This document shows, in pieces, positions 8,386 to 18,185 of a stretch of DNA of 64,000 nt (its first letter is position 1; every line of letters begins with the position of its first letter). Where the stretch lies: positions 3,891 through 67,890 of the forward strand of contig CANQCG010000003.1 of assembly GCA_947589645.1 (NCBI GenBank). The letters are read 5' to 3'. The notes beneath the pieces are model-generated. The model was not told where the DNA came from, did no database searches, and saw only the letters and a list, made by a program, of their open reading frames with translations. Source of the DNA: an uncultured Clostridia bacterium (GTDB lineage: Bacteria > Bacillota > Clostridia > TANB77 > CAG-508). The translations under genes and the position numbers were made by a program.

Positions 8386-8500
8386 CCAAAAAATAAACGA
8401 GCTTAAGATTCTCCTAATGCATAACTTATCTGTAATTCACTTTGTTCATACAGCTAAGCAATCTATCAAATGCAAATTTTAAGAAAATCTAAGGCTCGCC
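8386..8500 (-). other. Rod-like imperfect hairpin of about 115 nt ending in a U-tract (complex terminator or small structured RNA)
   Basis: Minus strand: GGCGAGCCUUAGAUU...UGCAU...CUUA-G-CUGUA-[14-nt loop]-UACAG-A-UAAG...AUGCA...AAUCUUAAGCUCG-UUUAUUUUUUGG. Starts 25 nt after the GGGtGRT stop. Confidence 0.3.
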
Positions 8501-8525
8501 TTTTATAATTCTATTAATTTAATAA

Positions 8526-9530
8526 TTAGTTTTTCATAGCTTCTTCTACAGCTACTGCAACTGCTACTGTTGCGCCAACCATTGGGTTGTTACCCATTCC
8601 TATTAATCCCATCATTTCAACATGGGCTGGTACAGATGAGCTTCCTGCAAATTGTGCGTCTGAATGCATTCTTCCCATTGTATCTGTCATACCATAAGAA
8701 GCTGGTCCAGCAGCCATATTGTCTGGATGAAGTGTTCTTCCTGTTCCACCACCTGAAGCTACTGAGAAATATTTCTTTCCTGCTTCTATTCTTTCTTTCT
8801 TGTATGTTCCTGCTACTGGGTGTTGGAATCTTGTTGGGTTTGTTGAATTTCCTGTAATAGAAACATCAACATCTTCTAACCACATGATTGCTACACCTTC
8901 TCTAACATCGTTTGCGCCATAGCATCTTACTTTGCTTCTTTCTCCATCAGAATAAGGTATTTCTTCAACAACTTTTACTTTTCCTGTGAAGAAATCAAAA
9001 TCTGTCTTTACATATGTAAATCCATTTATTCTTGAAATTACTTGTGCTGCATCTTTTCCAAGTCCATTTAAAATTACTCTTAATGGTTCTTTTCTTACTT
9101 TGTTAGCTGATTTTGCAATACCAATTGCTCCTTCAGCTGCTGCAAAACTTTCATGTCCTGCTAAGAATGCAAAACATTTTGTTTCTTCTGATAATAACAT
9201 TGAACCTAAGTTTCCATGTCCTAATCCTACTTTTCTATCATCTGCTACTGAGCCTGGTATACAGAAAGCTTGTAAACCTTCTCCTATTGCTTTTGCAGCA
9301 TCTGCAGCTTTTGTACATCCTTTTTTGATTGCTATTGCTGCTCCTAAAGTATATGCCCAAGCTGCATTTTCAAAACAAATTGGTTGAACTCCTTTTACTA
9401 TTTCATAAGGATTAAATCCTTTGTCTGTGCATATTTTTAATGCATCTTCAAAATCTTTTATTCCGTATTTTTCCATTACTGGTTTAATTTGATCTATTCT
9501 TCTTTCATAACTTTCAAATGTTACTGCCAT
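8526..9530 (-). CDS. GGGtGRT family protein (function unknown)
   Basis: 334 aa. Contains the eponymous motif ASGGGTGRTLHPDNM. Confidence 0.85.
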   Translation of the reverse strand: MAVTFESYERRIDQIKPVMEKYGIKDFEDALKICTDKGFNPYEIVKGVQPICFENAAWAYTLGAAIAIKKGCTKAADAAKAIGEGLQAFCIPGSVADDRKVGLGHGNLGSMLLSEETKCFAFLAGHESFAAAEGAIGIAKSANKVRKEPLRVILNGLGKDAAQVISRINGFTYVKTDFDFFTGKVKVVEEIPYSDGERSKVRCYGANDVREGVAIMWLEDVDVSITGNSTNPTRFQHPVAGTYKKERIEAGKKYFSVASGGGTGRTLHPDNMAAGPASYGMTDTMGRMHSDAQFAGSSSVPAHVEMMGLIGMGNNPMVGATVAVAVAVEEAMKN

Positions 9531-9623
9531 TTTTATTCCTCCTTCATTTTTAAGCTTTATAATTCTTTCGAATTGCTTGTAATATATGGTTTTTATAACA
9601 TAATTCTATTATTTACATATATT

Positions 9624-10316
9624 TTATTGTTTTCTTGGATCAATTTTCTTAACTGCTTCGTTAAATCTTCCATAAGTTCCTGAAGCTTTTTCAATTGCTT
9701 CTGTTGGTTCAATTCCTTTTTTGATGTTATCCATCATTTTTCCTAAATGAACATATTTGTAACCTATTATTTGGTCATCTTTGTCTAAACCTAATTCTAC
9801 TATGTATCCTTCTGCTAGATTTAAATATCTAGGTCCTTTTAATGTGCTTGAATAAATTGTTCCAACTTGGCTTGTATGTCCTTTTCCTAAATCTTCAAGT
9901 CCTGCTCCTACTGGAAGTCCTCCTTCTGAGAAAGCAGTTTGGCTTCTACCATATACTATTTGTAAGAATAATTCTCTCATAGCAGTATTTATTGCATCAC
10001 ATACTAAGTCTGTATTTAATGCTTCTAATATTGTTTTTCCTGTAAGTATTTCGCCTGCCATAGCTGCTGAATGTGTCATTCCTGAACATCCAATTGTTTC
10101 AACTAATGCTTCTTGTATTATTCCTTCCTTAATATTTAATGTTAATTTACATGCTCCTTGTTGTGGTGCACACCATCCAATACCATGTGTTAAACCTGAT
10201 ATGTCTTTTATTTCTTTTGCTTTTACCCATTTTCCTTCTTCTGGAATTGGTGCTGGTCCATGGTCTACTCCTTTAGCAACATGACACATTTCTTCTAATT
10301 CTTTTGAATAAATCAT
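9624..10316 (-). CDS. NifU/IscU-like iron-sulfur scaffold domain protein
   Basis: IscU-like block CKLTLNIKEGIIQEALVETIGCSGMTHSAAMAGEILTGKTILEAL. Start moved to ATG 10316 (GGGAGGAG 8 nt upstream) rather than 10364. Confidence 0.7.
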   Translation of the reverse strand: MIYSKELEEMCHVAKGVDHGPAPIPEEGKWVKAKEIKDISGLTHGIGWCAPQQGACKLTLNIKEGIIQEALVETIGCSGMTHSAAMAGEILTGKTILEALNTDLVCDAINTAMRELFLQIVYGRSQTAFSEGGLPVGAGLEDLGKGHTSQVGTIYSSTLKGPRYLNLAEGYIVELGLDKDDQIIGYKYVHLGKMMDNIKKGIEPTEAIEKASGTYGRFNEAVKKIDPRKQ

Positions 10317-10451
10317 TTTTATTACTCCTCCCATTGTTTTATTTATATCTAAAATTGATTGCATATATTAAACTTTCTTCACTACCACTTAATATGTAGC
10401 AAGCTTTTAACTAAATTTAAGATTATTACACACATTCAATTTGATATTTAA

Positions 10452-11117
10452 CTACTTTTTATACAGAATTTGATTAGTTGCTGATTTTTCGTCTTTACTA
10501 GATACATATTCAGCATTTTGAATGCTCTCATACCCAGCGGTTTCATAATCAACAATGTTTTTTATATTTTTTATATAAACTCCTTCTTCATAAATTTCTT
10601 CATCATCTAATTGTTTAGGGCCATTTAAATATCTTTGCAAAATGTTTCTTTCTTCCTTGTTACAACATTCTATTCCCTGACCTAAATATTTATATCTCCA
10701 AATTATATGCTTTTCATAATTATTGTATATGCTATTTTGCAAATTATCATAATTATATATAATCTTAAATTTAGATTTTTTAATTATAATAGTGACATTA
10801 CTCCAAACATGCTGATTTGATCTTTTAAATTCTTCCCTTAGCTCTTTAATATTTTTATATAATATTTCTACTAATTTTAAATATTCTTGCTCCTCAATAT
10901 TAAATTTACTAGGAATTTCATAGACATTTATTGGTTTTCGTTTCAATAAACCTTTGGGTACATAATAGAAGAATAGTTCACCAGTTTCAAGTGAGCCTAG
11001 TCTTTCTATTATAGAAGCATATAAATATACTTCATCCCATTTTTCAGGAATCATATAAAATAACTTTCTCTGTATTTCTTCATACTTTTTTCTTATATTT
11101 TTAGTATTTTTTAGCAT
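10452..11117 (-). CDS. YezG-like (DUF600/TIGR01741) immunity-type protein with a C-terminal extension of about 70 aa
   Basis: 221 aa. MIPEKWDEVYLYA...ELFFYYVP...VWSNVTIIIKKSKFKIIYNYDNL...IIWRYKYLG matches the YezG immunity family pattern by eye. Confidence 0.6.
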   Translation of the reverse strand: MLKNTKNIRKKYEEIQRKLFYMIPEKWDEVYLYASIIERLGSLETGELFFYYVPKGLLKRKPINVYEIPSKFNIEEQEYLKLVEILYKNIKELREEFKRSNQHVWSNVTIIIKKSKFKIIYNYDNLQNSIYNNYEKHIIWRYKYLGQGIECCNKEERNILQRYLNGPKQLDDEEIYEEGVYIKNIKNIVDYETAGYESIQNAEYVSSKDEKSATNQILYKK

Positions 11118-11179
11118 ATGTTATTCCCTTATTTTCTAAATATTTTCCATATACTTATTCAAACTTTATTTTTGCGACC

Positions 11180-12715
11180 TTACTCTTTTATTAATAAGCT
11201 TTCTCCCGTCATTTCGGCAGGTTTTTCTATGCCCATTAATTCTAAAAGTGTTGGTGCTAAATCAGCTAATTTTCCTTCTTTAATTTTATAATTTTTATTG
11301 TTTGATATTAATACAAGAGGTACTGGGTTTGTTGTATGAGCTGTATGTGGATCTCCTGTTTTATAATCTATCATTTGTTCTGCATTTCCATGATCTGCAG
11401 TCATTAATATTGTTCCATCTTTTTTAAGAATTTCTTCTGATATTCTACCAACACATTTGTCTACTGCTTCTATTGCACTAATTGCTGCATTTAGATTTCC
11501 TGTATGGCCTACCATATCTGGATTTGCAAAATTTAAAATTATTGTATCATATTTGTCTGCTTGAATTGCCTCGATTACCTTGTCTGTTACTTCATAAGCG
11601 CTCATCTCTGGCTTCATATCATATGTTTCAACTTTTGGTGATGGTACTAATATTCTATCTTCGCCAGGGTATTGCTTTTCTTCTCCACCATTGAAAAAGA
11701 ATGTAACATGTGCATATTTTTCGGTTTCTGCAATTCTTAATTGTGTTAAACCATTTTTTGAAACTACTTCTCCAAATGTGTTTACTATTGGCTCCTTTTT
11801 AAATGCGATTTTTACATTTGGCATTGTTTCATCATAACTTGTGAAACATACAAAATATAAATCTAAAGGTTTGGTTTCAAAACCATCAAAGTTTCTATCT
11901 ACTAAACTTCTGGTTATTTCTCTTGCTCTATCAGGTCTAAAGTTAAAGAATATTACAGAATCATGATTTTCTATTGTAGCAATTGGTGTGTCTCCATTGC
12001 ATATTACAGTTGGCTCTACAAATTCATCAAATACTTCTTTTTGATATGAATTTTCGATTGCCTTTAGTGCTGAGCCTGCTTTATTTCCTTCACCATTTAC
12101 TAGTGCATTATAACATTTTTGCACTCTTTCCCATCTTTTGTCTCTGTCCATTGCGTAAAATCTTCCTGATAGACTTGCAATTTTTCCTACACCTTTTTCT
12201 CTCATTTTGTTTTCTAACTCTGCTACAAATTCGTCAGCAGATGAAGGTGGGGTATCTCTACCATCTAAGAAACAATGTACAAATACATTTTCAAAGTCTC
12301 TTCTTTTTGCCATTTCTAATAAACCGTATAAATGACGATTATGACTATGAACTCCTCCATTTGAAACTAATCCCATTATATGCAACTTAGAATTGTACTT
12401 TTTACAATTTTCAATTGCCTCTATAAATTCTGGTATTGAAAAGAAATCTCCATCTTCTATAGATTTTGTTATTCTAGTCAACTCTTGGTATACTATTCTT
12501 CCTGCTCCTATGTTTGTATGTCCTACTTCTGAGTTTCCCATTTGTCCTTCTGGTAACCCTACATCCAAACCACTAGTATGACCTATTGCAGTTGGATATT
12601 TTTTCATTAGTTTGTCTATATTAGGTTTCTTGGCAAGTGCTACTGCGTTAGCATCACTATTTTCGTTAATACCAAATCCATCTAATATCATTAGCATCAC
12701 TGGTTTTTTGTCCAT
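11180..12715 (-). CDS. gpmI: 2,3-bisphosphoglycerate-independent phosphoglycerate mutase
   Basis: 511 aa. MLMILDGFG, NSEVGHTNIGAGR, ADHGNAE motifs. Confidence 0.95.
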   Translation of the reverse strand: MDKKPVMLMILDGFGINENSDANAVALAKKPNIDKLMKKYPTAIGHTSGLDVGLPEGQMGNSEVGHTNIGAGRIVYQELTRITKSIEDGDFFSIPEFIEAIENCKKYNSKLHIMGLVSNGGVHSHNRHLYGLLEMAKRRDFENVFVHCFLDGRDTPPSSADEFVAELENKMREKGVGKIASLSGRFYAMDRDKRWERVQKCYNALVNGEGNKAGSALKAIENSYQKEVFDEFVEPTVICNGDTPIATIENHDSVIFFNFRPDRAREITRSLVDRNFDGFETKPLDLYFVCFTSYDETMPNVKIAFKKEPIVNTFGEVVSKNGLTQLRIAETEKYAHVTFFFNGGEEKQYPGEDRILVPSPKVETYDMKPEMSAYEVTDKVIEAIQADKYDTIILNFANPDMVGHTGNLNAAISAIEAVDKCVGRISEEILKKDGTILMTADHGNAEQMIDYKTGDPHTAHTTNPVPLVLISNNKNYKIKEGKLADLAPTLLELMGIEKPAEMTGESLLIKE

Positions 12716-12740
12716 GTTTTTTTACCTTCTCCCTTTGCTT

Positions 12741-13493
12741 TTATTTGTTATAATTTACGATATTTGAGAATTCTTCTGCTTTTAGACTTGCACCTCCAAC
12801 AAGGCCTCCATCTATATCAGACATTTCAAATAATTCTTTTGCATTTGCAGCTTTTACGCTACCGCCGTACTGTATTATAACTCTATCTGCTGTCTCTTGT
12901 CCATATTTTTCAGCAACTTTTTGTCTTATTTGTTTTACTGCTTCGTTTGCATCTTCTCTTGTTGCTGTTTTTCCTGTTCCTATTGCCCAAATTGGCTCAT
13001 AAGCTATAATTACTTTTTCTACATCTGCTGGCTCTAGTCCATCTAAGGCTTTTTCAGTTTGAGTTGTGATGATTTTAGCTGTAACACCTTGCTCTCTTTG
13101 TTCTAAAGTTTCACCAACACATACAATTGGTTTTAGTCCAACTGATAATGCCTTTTTTAATTTTTTATTAACTGTTTCATCTGTTTCAGCAAAATACTGT
13201 CTTCTTTCAGAATGTCCTATTATTACATATTCTACTCCTACAGCTTTTAACATCTCTGCTGATACTTCGCCTGTATATGCTCCTTTTTCTTCCCAATGCA
13301 TATTTTGTGCACCTATTTTTATGTTAGTACCTTGTGCATTTAATACACTATAAAATATGTCTGTGTATGGAACACATAAAACTACTTCATTTTCTGTGTC
13401 TTTAACTTTTTCAGATAATTCTTGAATGAAGCTTATTGCTTCGTTTGGAAGCATATTCATTTTCCAGTTTCCTGCTATTACTTTTCTACGCAT
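12741..13493 (-). CDS. tpiA: Triosephosphate isomerase
   Basis: 250 aa. AGNWKMN, IIGHSERR, AYEPIWAIGTG. Confidence 0.95.
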   Translation of the reverse strand: MRRKVIAGNWKMNMLPNEAISFIQELSEKVKDTENEVVLCVPYTDIFYSVLNAQGTNIKIGAQNMHWEEKGAYTGEVSAEMLKAVGVEYVIIGHSERRQYFAETDETVNKKLKKALSVGLKPIVCVGETLEQREQGVTAKIITTQTEKALDGLEPADVEKVIIAYEPIWAIGTGKTATREDANEAVKQIRQKVAEKYGQETADRVIIQYGGSVKAANAKELFEMSDIDGGLVGGASLKAEEFSNIVNYNK

Positions 13494-13519
13494 TTTTTTC
13501 TCCCTTCTTTTAAAAGAAA

Positions 13520-14386
13520 TTATACAAGAACTACATCATTTAGAGCTTTAATAATGTCTTCTACACTTTTATTTGGAGTTGACGCCCCTGCCATAATTCC
13601 TATTTTTTGAAATTTTGATATTTTTTCTATGTCAATATCATCTTTGTTTTCTGCAAAAATAACATTTTCACAATTTTCGCATGATATATCATACAATTTA
13701 TTAGTATTTGAACTATTTTTTCCACCTACTATTATCATTAATTCTACTTCTTTTGAAATTTTTTCTGTTTCCTTTTGCCTTAGTTCTGTTGCTAGACAAA
13801 TTGTATTTTTAACAATTATATCTATGTTCTTTGGCACTTTATTTTGTATTTCCTCTACAATTTCTTCAAAAGTCTTCATATTGTATGTAGTTTGAGCAAT
13901 AATTAAAACGTGTTTTATTTTAGATTTTTTTACTGCTTTAATCGCTTCTTTTATTTCTTCTTTTTGAGATATTACCTTATGGTTTTTTCCACAAAAGCTT
14001 GCCGTTCCAATAATTTCAGGATGTTGCTTTTTCCCTATTAAAAATATGTAATAATCTTTTTGGCAATACTCTTTTGCTATATCATGAATCTTAAGAACAT
14101 TTGGACATGTTAAATCTACCAATTCTATATTTCGTTTTTTAGCTTTTTCATAGATTTGCTTTGGCACGCCATGTGCTCGTATTATTAGCTTTCCACTTGC
14201 TTCATCTATGTTTTCTACAAAATTTAGTCCCTTATTTTTTAGTGCTTCTGTTACTTCTTTGTTGTGAACTAATTCCCCTAAGCAATAGACTTCTCCATTT
14301 GTTTTTAATAATTCTTCTTCAGATTTTTGTACTGCATTTTTTACTCCATAACAAAAGCCGCTTGTTTTTCCTATCTTAATTTCCAT
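13520..14386 (-). CDS. ispH: 4-hydroxy-3-methylbut-2-enyl diphosphate reductase (stand-alone, not fused to S1)
   Basis: 288 aa. GFCYGVKNAV, RAHGV, LTCPNV, IVGGKNSSNT. Confidence 0.9.
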   Translation of the reverse strand: MEIKIGKTSGFCYGVKNAVQKSEEELLKTNGEVYCLGELVHNKEVTEALKNKGLNFVENIDEASGKLIIRAHGVPKQIYEKAKKRNIELVDLTCPNVLKIHDIAKEYCQKDYYIFLIGKKQHPEIIGTASFCGKNHKVISQKEEIKEAIKAVKKSKIKHVLIIAQTTYNMKTFEEIVEEIQNKVPKNIDIIVKNTICLATELRQKETEKISKEVELMIIVGGKNSSNTNKLYDISCENCENVIFAENKDDIDIEKISKFQKIGIMAGASTPNKSVEDIIKALNDVVLV

Positions 14387-14475
14387 ATTTTTTCACCTAT
14401 AGCATCAAATTTTACATTCTTTTAGTAAAATTTATCTATTTATTTTATTATAAAGTTTATATTAAATTCTACTAT

Positions 14476-15534
14476 TTATTGTTCAACCATTTTTAATATC
14501 TCTTCTTTTAAGCAATTTACTAAATCTTCTTCTTTTACCTTTTTAATTATATTTCCTTTTTTAAATAATAGTCCCTCTTTTATTCCACCTGCTATTCCTA
14601 TATCAGCCTCTTTTGCTTCTCCTGGTCCATTAACAGCACAACCCATTACAGCTACTGTTATATCTGAATTTATATTTTGTAAAAATTCTTCCATTTCTTT
14701 AGCCATTGGTATTAAATCTATTTGTGTTCTTCCACAAGTAGGACATGATACCAAAGTTGGCACTCCAGAATATAGATTACAATTTTTTAATATTTCTTTT
14801 GCTACTTTTATTTCTTTTACAGGGTCATCTGATAAAGACACCCTAATTGTATCTCCTATTCCTTGCCTTAACAATATTCCTAGACCTATGCTAGATTTTA
14901 TTGTTCCTCCAAACTCAGTACCCGCTTCTGTTATACCTAAATGTAATGGGTAGTTAAACTCCTCACTTGCTTTTTGATATGCTTCAATACATAAATCTAA
15001 ATTAGATGCTTTTAGAGATATTGCTATATCATAAAAGTCTAACTTTTCTAGTATCTCAACATGTCTTCTTGCACTTTCTACCATAGCTTCTGCTGTTGGT
15101 TTACCATATTTTTCTAATAAATCTTTTTCTAATGAGCCCGCATTTACTCCTATTCTTATAGGTATGCCATTTTTCTTACAAGCCTCTACTACAGCTTTTA
15201 CTTTTTCTTCGTCTCCTATATTTCCTGGATTTATGCGTATTTTATTTACTCCGCTATTTATTGCTTCTAATGCAATTTTATAGTCAAAGTGTATGTCTGC
15301 AACTATTGGTATGTGTATTTGCTTTTTTATTTCTTTTATAGCTTTTGCATCCTCTAGATCCAGACATGCCACTCTTATTATTTTGCAACCTGCATTTTCT
15401 AATAAATTTATTTGTTTAACGGTACTTTCTACATCTTTTGTTTTGGTATTTGTCATTGATTGGATGACAACTTTATTTTGCCCTCCTATTTTGACATTAC
15501 CTACTGTTATTGTTCGTGTTTCAGTTCGTTTCAT
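14476..15534 (-). CDS. ispG: 4-hydroxy-3-methylbut-2-en-1-yl diphosphate synthase (flavodoxin)
   Basis: 352 aa. [42 protein letters not shown]. Confidence 0.9.
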   Translation of the reverse strand: MKRTETRTITVGNVKIGGQNKVVIQSMTNTKTKDVESTVKQINLLENAGCKIIRVACLDLEDAKAIKEIKKQIHIPIVADIHFDYKIALEAINSGVNKIRINPGNIGDEEKVKAVVEACKKNGIPIRIGVNAGSLEKDLLEKYGKPTAEAMVESARRHVEILEKLDFYDIAISLKASNLDLCIEAYQKASEEFNYPLHLGITEAGTEFGGTIKSSIGLGILLRQGIGDTIRVSLSDDPVKEIKVAKEILKNCNLYSGVPTLVSCPTCGRTQIDLIPMAKEMEEFLQNINSDITVAVMGCAVNGPGEAKEADIGIAGGIKEGLLFKKGNIIKKVKEEDLVNCLKEEILKMVEQ

Positions 15535-15574
15535 ATTACTTTCCTTTTTATAATAAATTTATTGATTAAGTAGA

Positions 15575-16762
15575 TTATTTATCTTGTAAACATTCAACAC
15601 CTGGTAATTTTTTGCCCTCTAAGAATTCTAATGAAGCTCCTCCACCTGTTGATATGTGTGTCATCTTACCAGCTAAGCCTGCCTTTTCAACTGCTGCTGC
15701 TGAATCTCCACCACCAATTACTGTTGTTGCTCCTTCTAATTCTGATAAAGCTTTTGCTATTGAGTTTGTTCCAACTGCAAATTGTTCAAATTCGAATAAG
15801 CCTACAGGTCCATTCCAAATTACTGTTTTAGCTCCTTTTAGATTTTCTTTGAACAATTCTATTGTTTTTTCTCCAATATCAAATCCTTCCCAGCCATCTG
15901 GTATTTCTGTCCATGCAACTGTTTTACTTTCTGTGTCTGGTTTAAATTCTTTTCCAACTCTTGTATCTACTGGTAAAACGAATTTTACTCCTCTATCTTT
16001 AGCTTTTTGCATTGCTGCTAATGCTAAATCCACTTTGTCTGGCTCACATAGAGAATTTCCTACACTATAACCTTGAGCTTTGAAGAATGTATATGCCATT
16101 CCTCCACCAATCATTAATGTATCTACTTTTTCTAATAAGCTATCTATTACACCTATTTTGTCAGATACTTTTGCTCCTCCTAAAATTGCTACAAATGGTC
16201 TTACTGGGTTATCTAGTGTTGTTCCTAAGAAGTTTAATTCTTTTTCCATTAAGAAACCTGATACAGCTGGTAAATATTCTGCAATTCCTGCTGTTGAGCT
16301 ATGTGCTCTATGAGCTGCTCCAAATGCATCGTTTACATATATTTCTGCCATTGAAGCTAACTCTTTTGCAAATTGTGGGTCGTTATCTGTTTCTTCTTTG
16401 TGGAATCTTACATTTTCAAGAAGCATTGCTTCTCCTTCTTTTAAGTTTTCAGCTTTTGCTTTTGCATCTGGTCCTATTACATCTTTTGCAAGAATAACTT
16501 CTTTTCCAAGTAAACGAGATAATTCTTTTGCAACAGGTGCTAGAGAAAATTCTGGCTTAAATTCTCCTTTTGGTCTTCCTAAGTGTGATGCAAGTATTAC
16601 TTTACAATTATTTTCTAATAAGTATTTAATTGTTGGTAATGCTGCAACAATTCTTCTGTTATCTGTTATGTTTTTGTTTTCGTCCATTGGTACATTGAAA
16701 TCACATCTTAAAAATACTTTCTTTCCCTTTAAATCTATATCTTTTACTGTCTTTTTATTCAT
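15575..16762 (-). CDS. pgk: Phosphoglycerate kinase
   Basis: 395 aa. [38 protein letters not shown]. Confidence 0.95.
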   Translation of the reverse strand: MNKKTVKDIDLKGKKVFLRCDFNVPMDENKNITDNRRIVAALPTIKYLLENNCKVILASHLGRPKGEFKPEFSLAPVAKELSRLLGKEVILAKDVIGPDAKAKAENLKEGEAMLLENVRFHKEETDNDPQFAKELASMAEIYVNDAFGAAHRAHSSTAGIAEYLPAVSGFLMEKELNFLGTTLDNPVRPFVAILGGAKVSDKIGVIDSLLEKVDTLMIGGGMAYTFFKAQGYSVGNSLCEPDKVDLALAAMQKAKDRGVKFVLPVDTRVGKEFKPDTESKTVAWTEIPDGWEGFDIGEKTIELFKENLKGAKTVIWNGPVGLFEFEQFAVGTNSIAKALSELEGATTVIGGGDSAAAVEKAGLAGKMTHISTGGGASLEFLEGKKLPGVECLQDK

Positions 16763-16851
16763 TAAAATTTCCTTCTTTCTTTATTTTAAAGTTTTGTTTT
16801 ATATTTTAGGAAAATCGTTGCTTAAAATTATAGACTTTCCATTTTCTTACA

Positions 16852-16884
16852 AATAGGAAAAACTTATAATAAGCTTTTCCTATT
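16852..16884 (-). other. Intercistronic stem-loop between gap and pgk
   Basis: AAUAGGAAAAGCUUAU / AUAAGUUUUUCCUAUU, about 13-15 bp with one G.U pair. No U-tract follows, so more likely a processing or stability element than a terminator. Confidence 0.4.
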
Positions 16885-16937
16885 GTTAAGTCTTATTTTT
16901 ATTAAATCTATATAAATTTTAACTTAGTATTTTTTAT

Positions 16938-18020
<1,083 letters not shown>

Positions 18021-18022
18021 CT

Positions 18023-18051
18023 ATTCTATAACAAAAAAGAAGACTTTTCAA
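18023..18051 (-). promoter_or_regulatory. Candidate promoter of the gap operon
   Basis: TTGAAA - 17 nt - TAGAAT. The leader to ATG 17948 would be about 65 nt. Confidence 0.45.
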
Positions 18052-18090
18052 GTACTCTTAAGAAGATTTTTTAATACTTTTGCATAATTA

Positions 18091-18123
18091 AACCTCCTTT
18101 GTGCAAATGCACTTAGGAGGTTC
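18091..18123 (-). terminator. Strong hairpin downstream of the GH15 gene (probable terminator; the better U-tract is on the plus strand)
   Basis: AACCUCCU-U-GUGC-AAAU-GCAC-UU-AGGAGGUU. Plus strand is followed by CGCUUUUU; minus strand by UAAUUAUGC (the first U of the run is the last stem base). Confidence 0.4.
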
Positions 18124-18185
18124 GCTTTTTAAACTTGCCATAAGCTATATTAATTTTTATAAGTTTTTTATAAAATTTTCTGCTC

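Noticed and set aside
8386-8500. SRP RNA, 6S RNA, T-box or riboswitch assignment for the rod-like structure
   Set aside because: No conserved SRP domain IV motif, no 6S central bubble architecture, and no T-box or specifier features were seen. The element is kept only as an unassigned structure.
18072-18086. Mini-ORF AUG-CAA-AAG-UAU-UAA (MQKY*) with a well-spaced SD in the 3' arm of the 18091-18123 hairpin
   Set aside because: It lies between the GH15 terminator hairpin and the gap promoter, the SD is sequestered in a 12-bp helix, and a 4-codon ORF gives no support. It is treated as part of the terminator.
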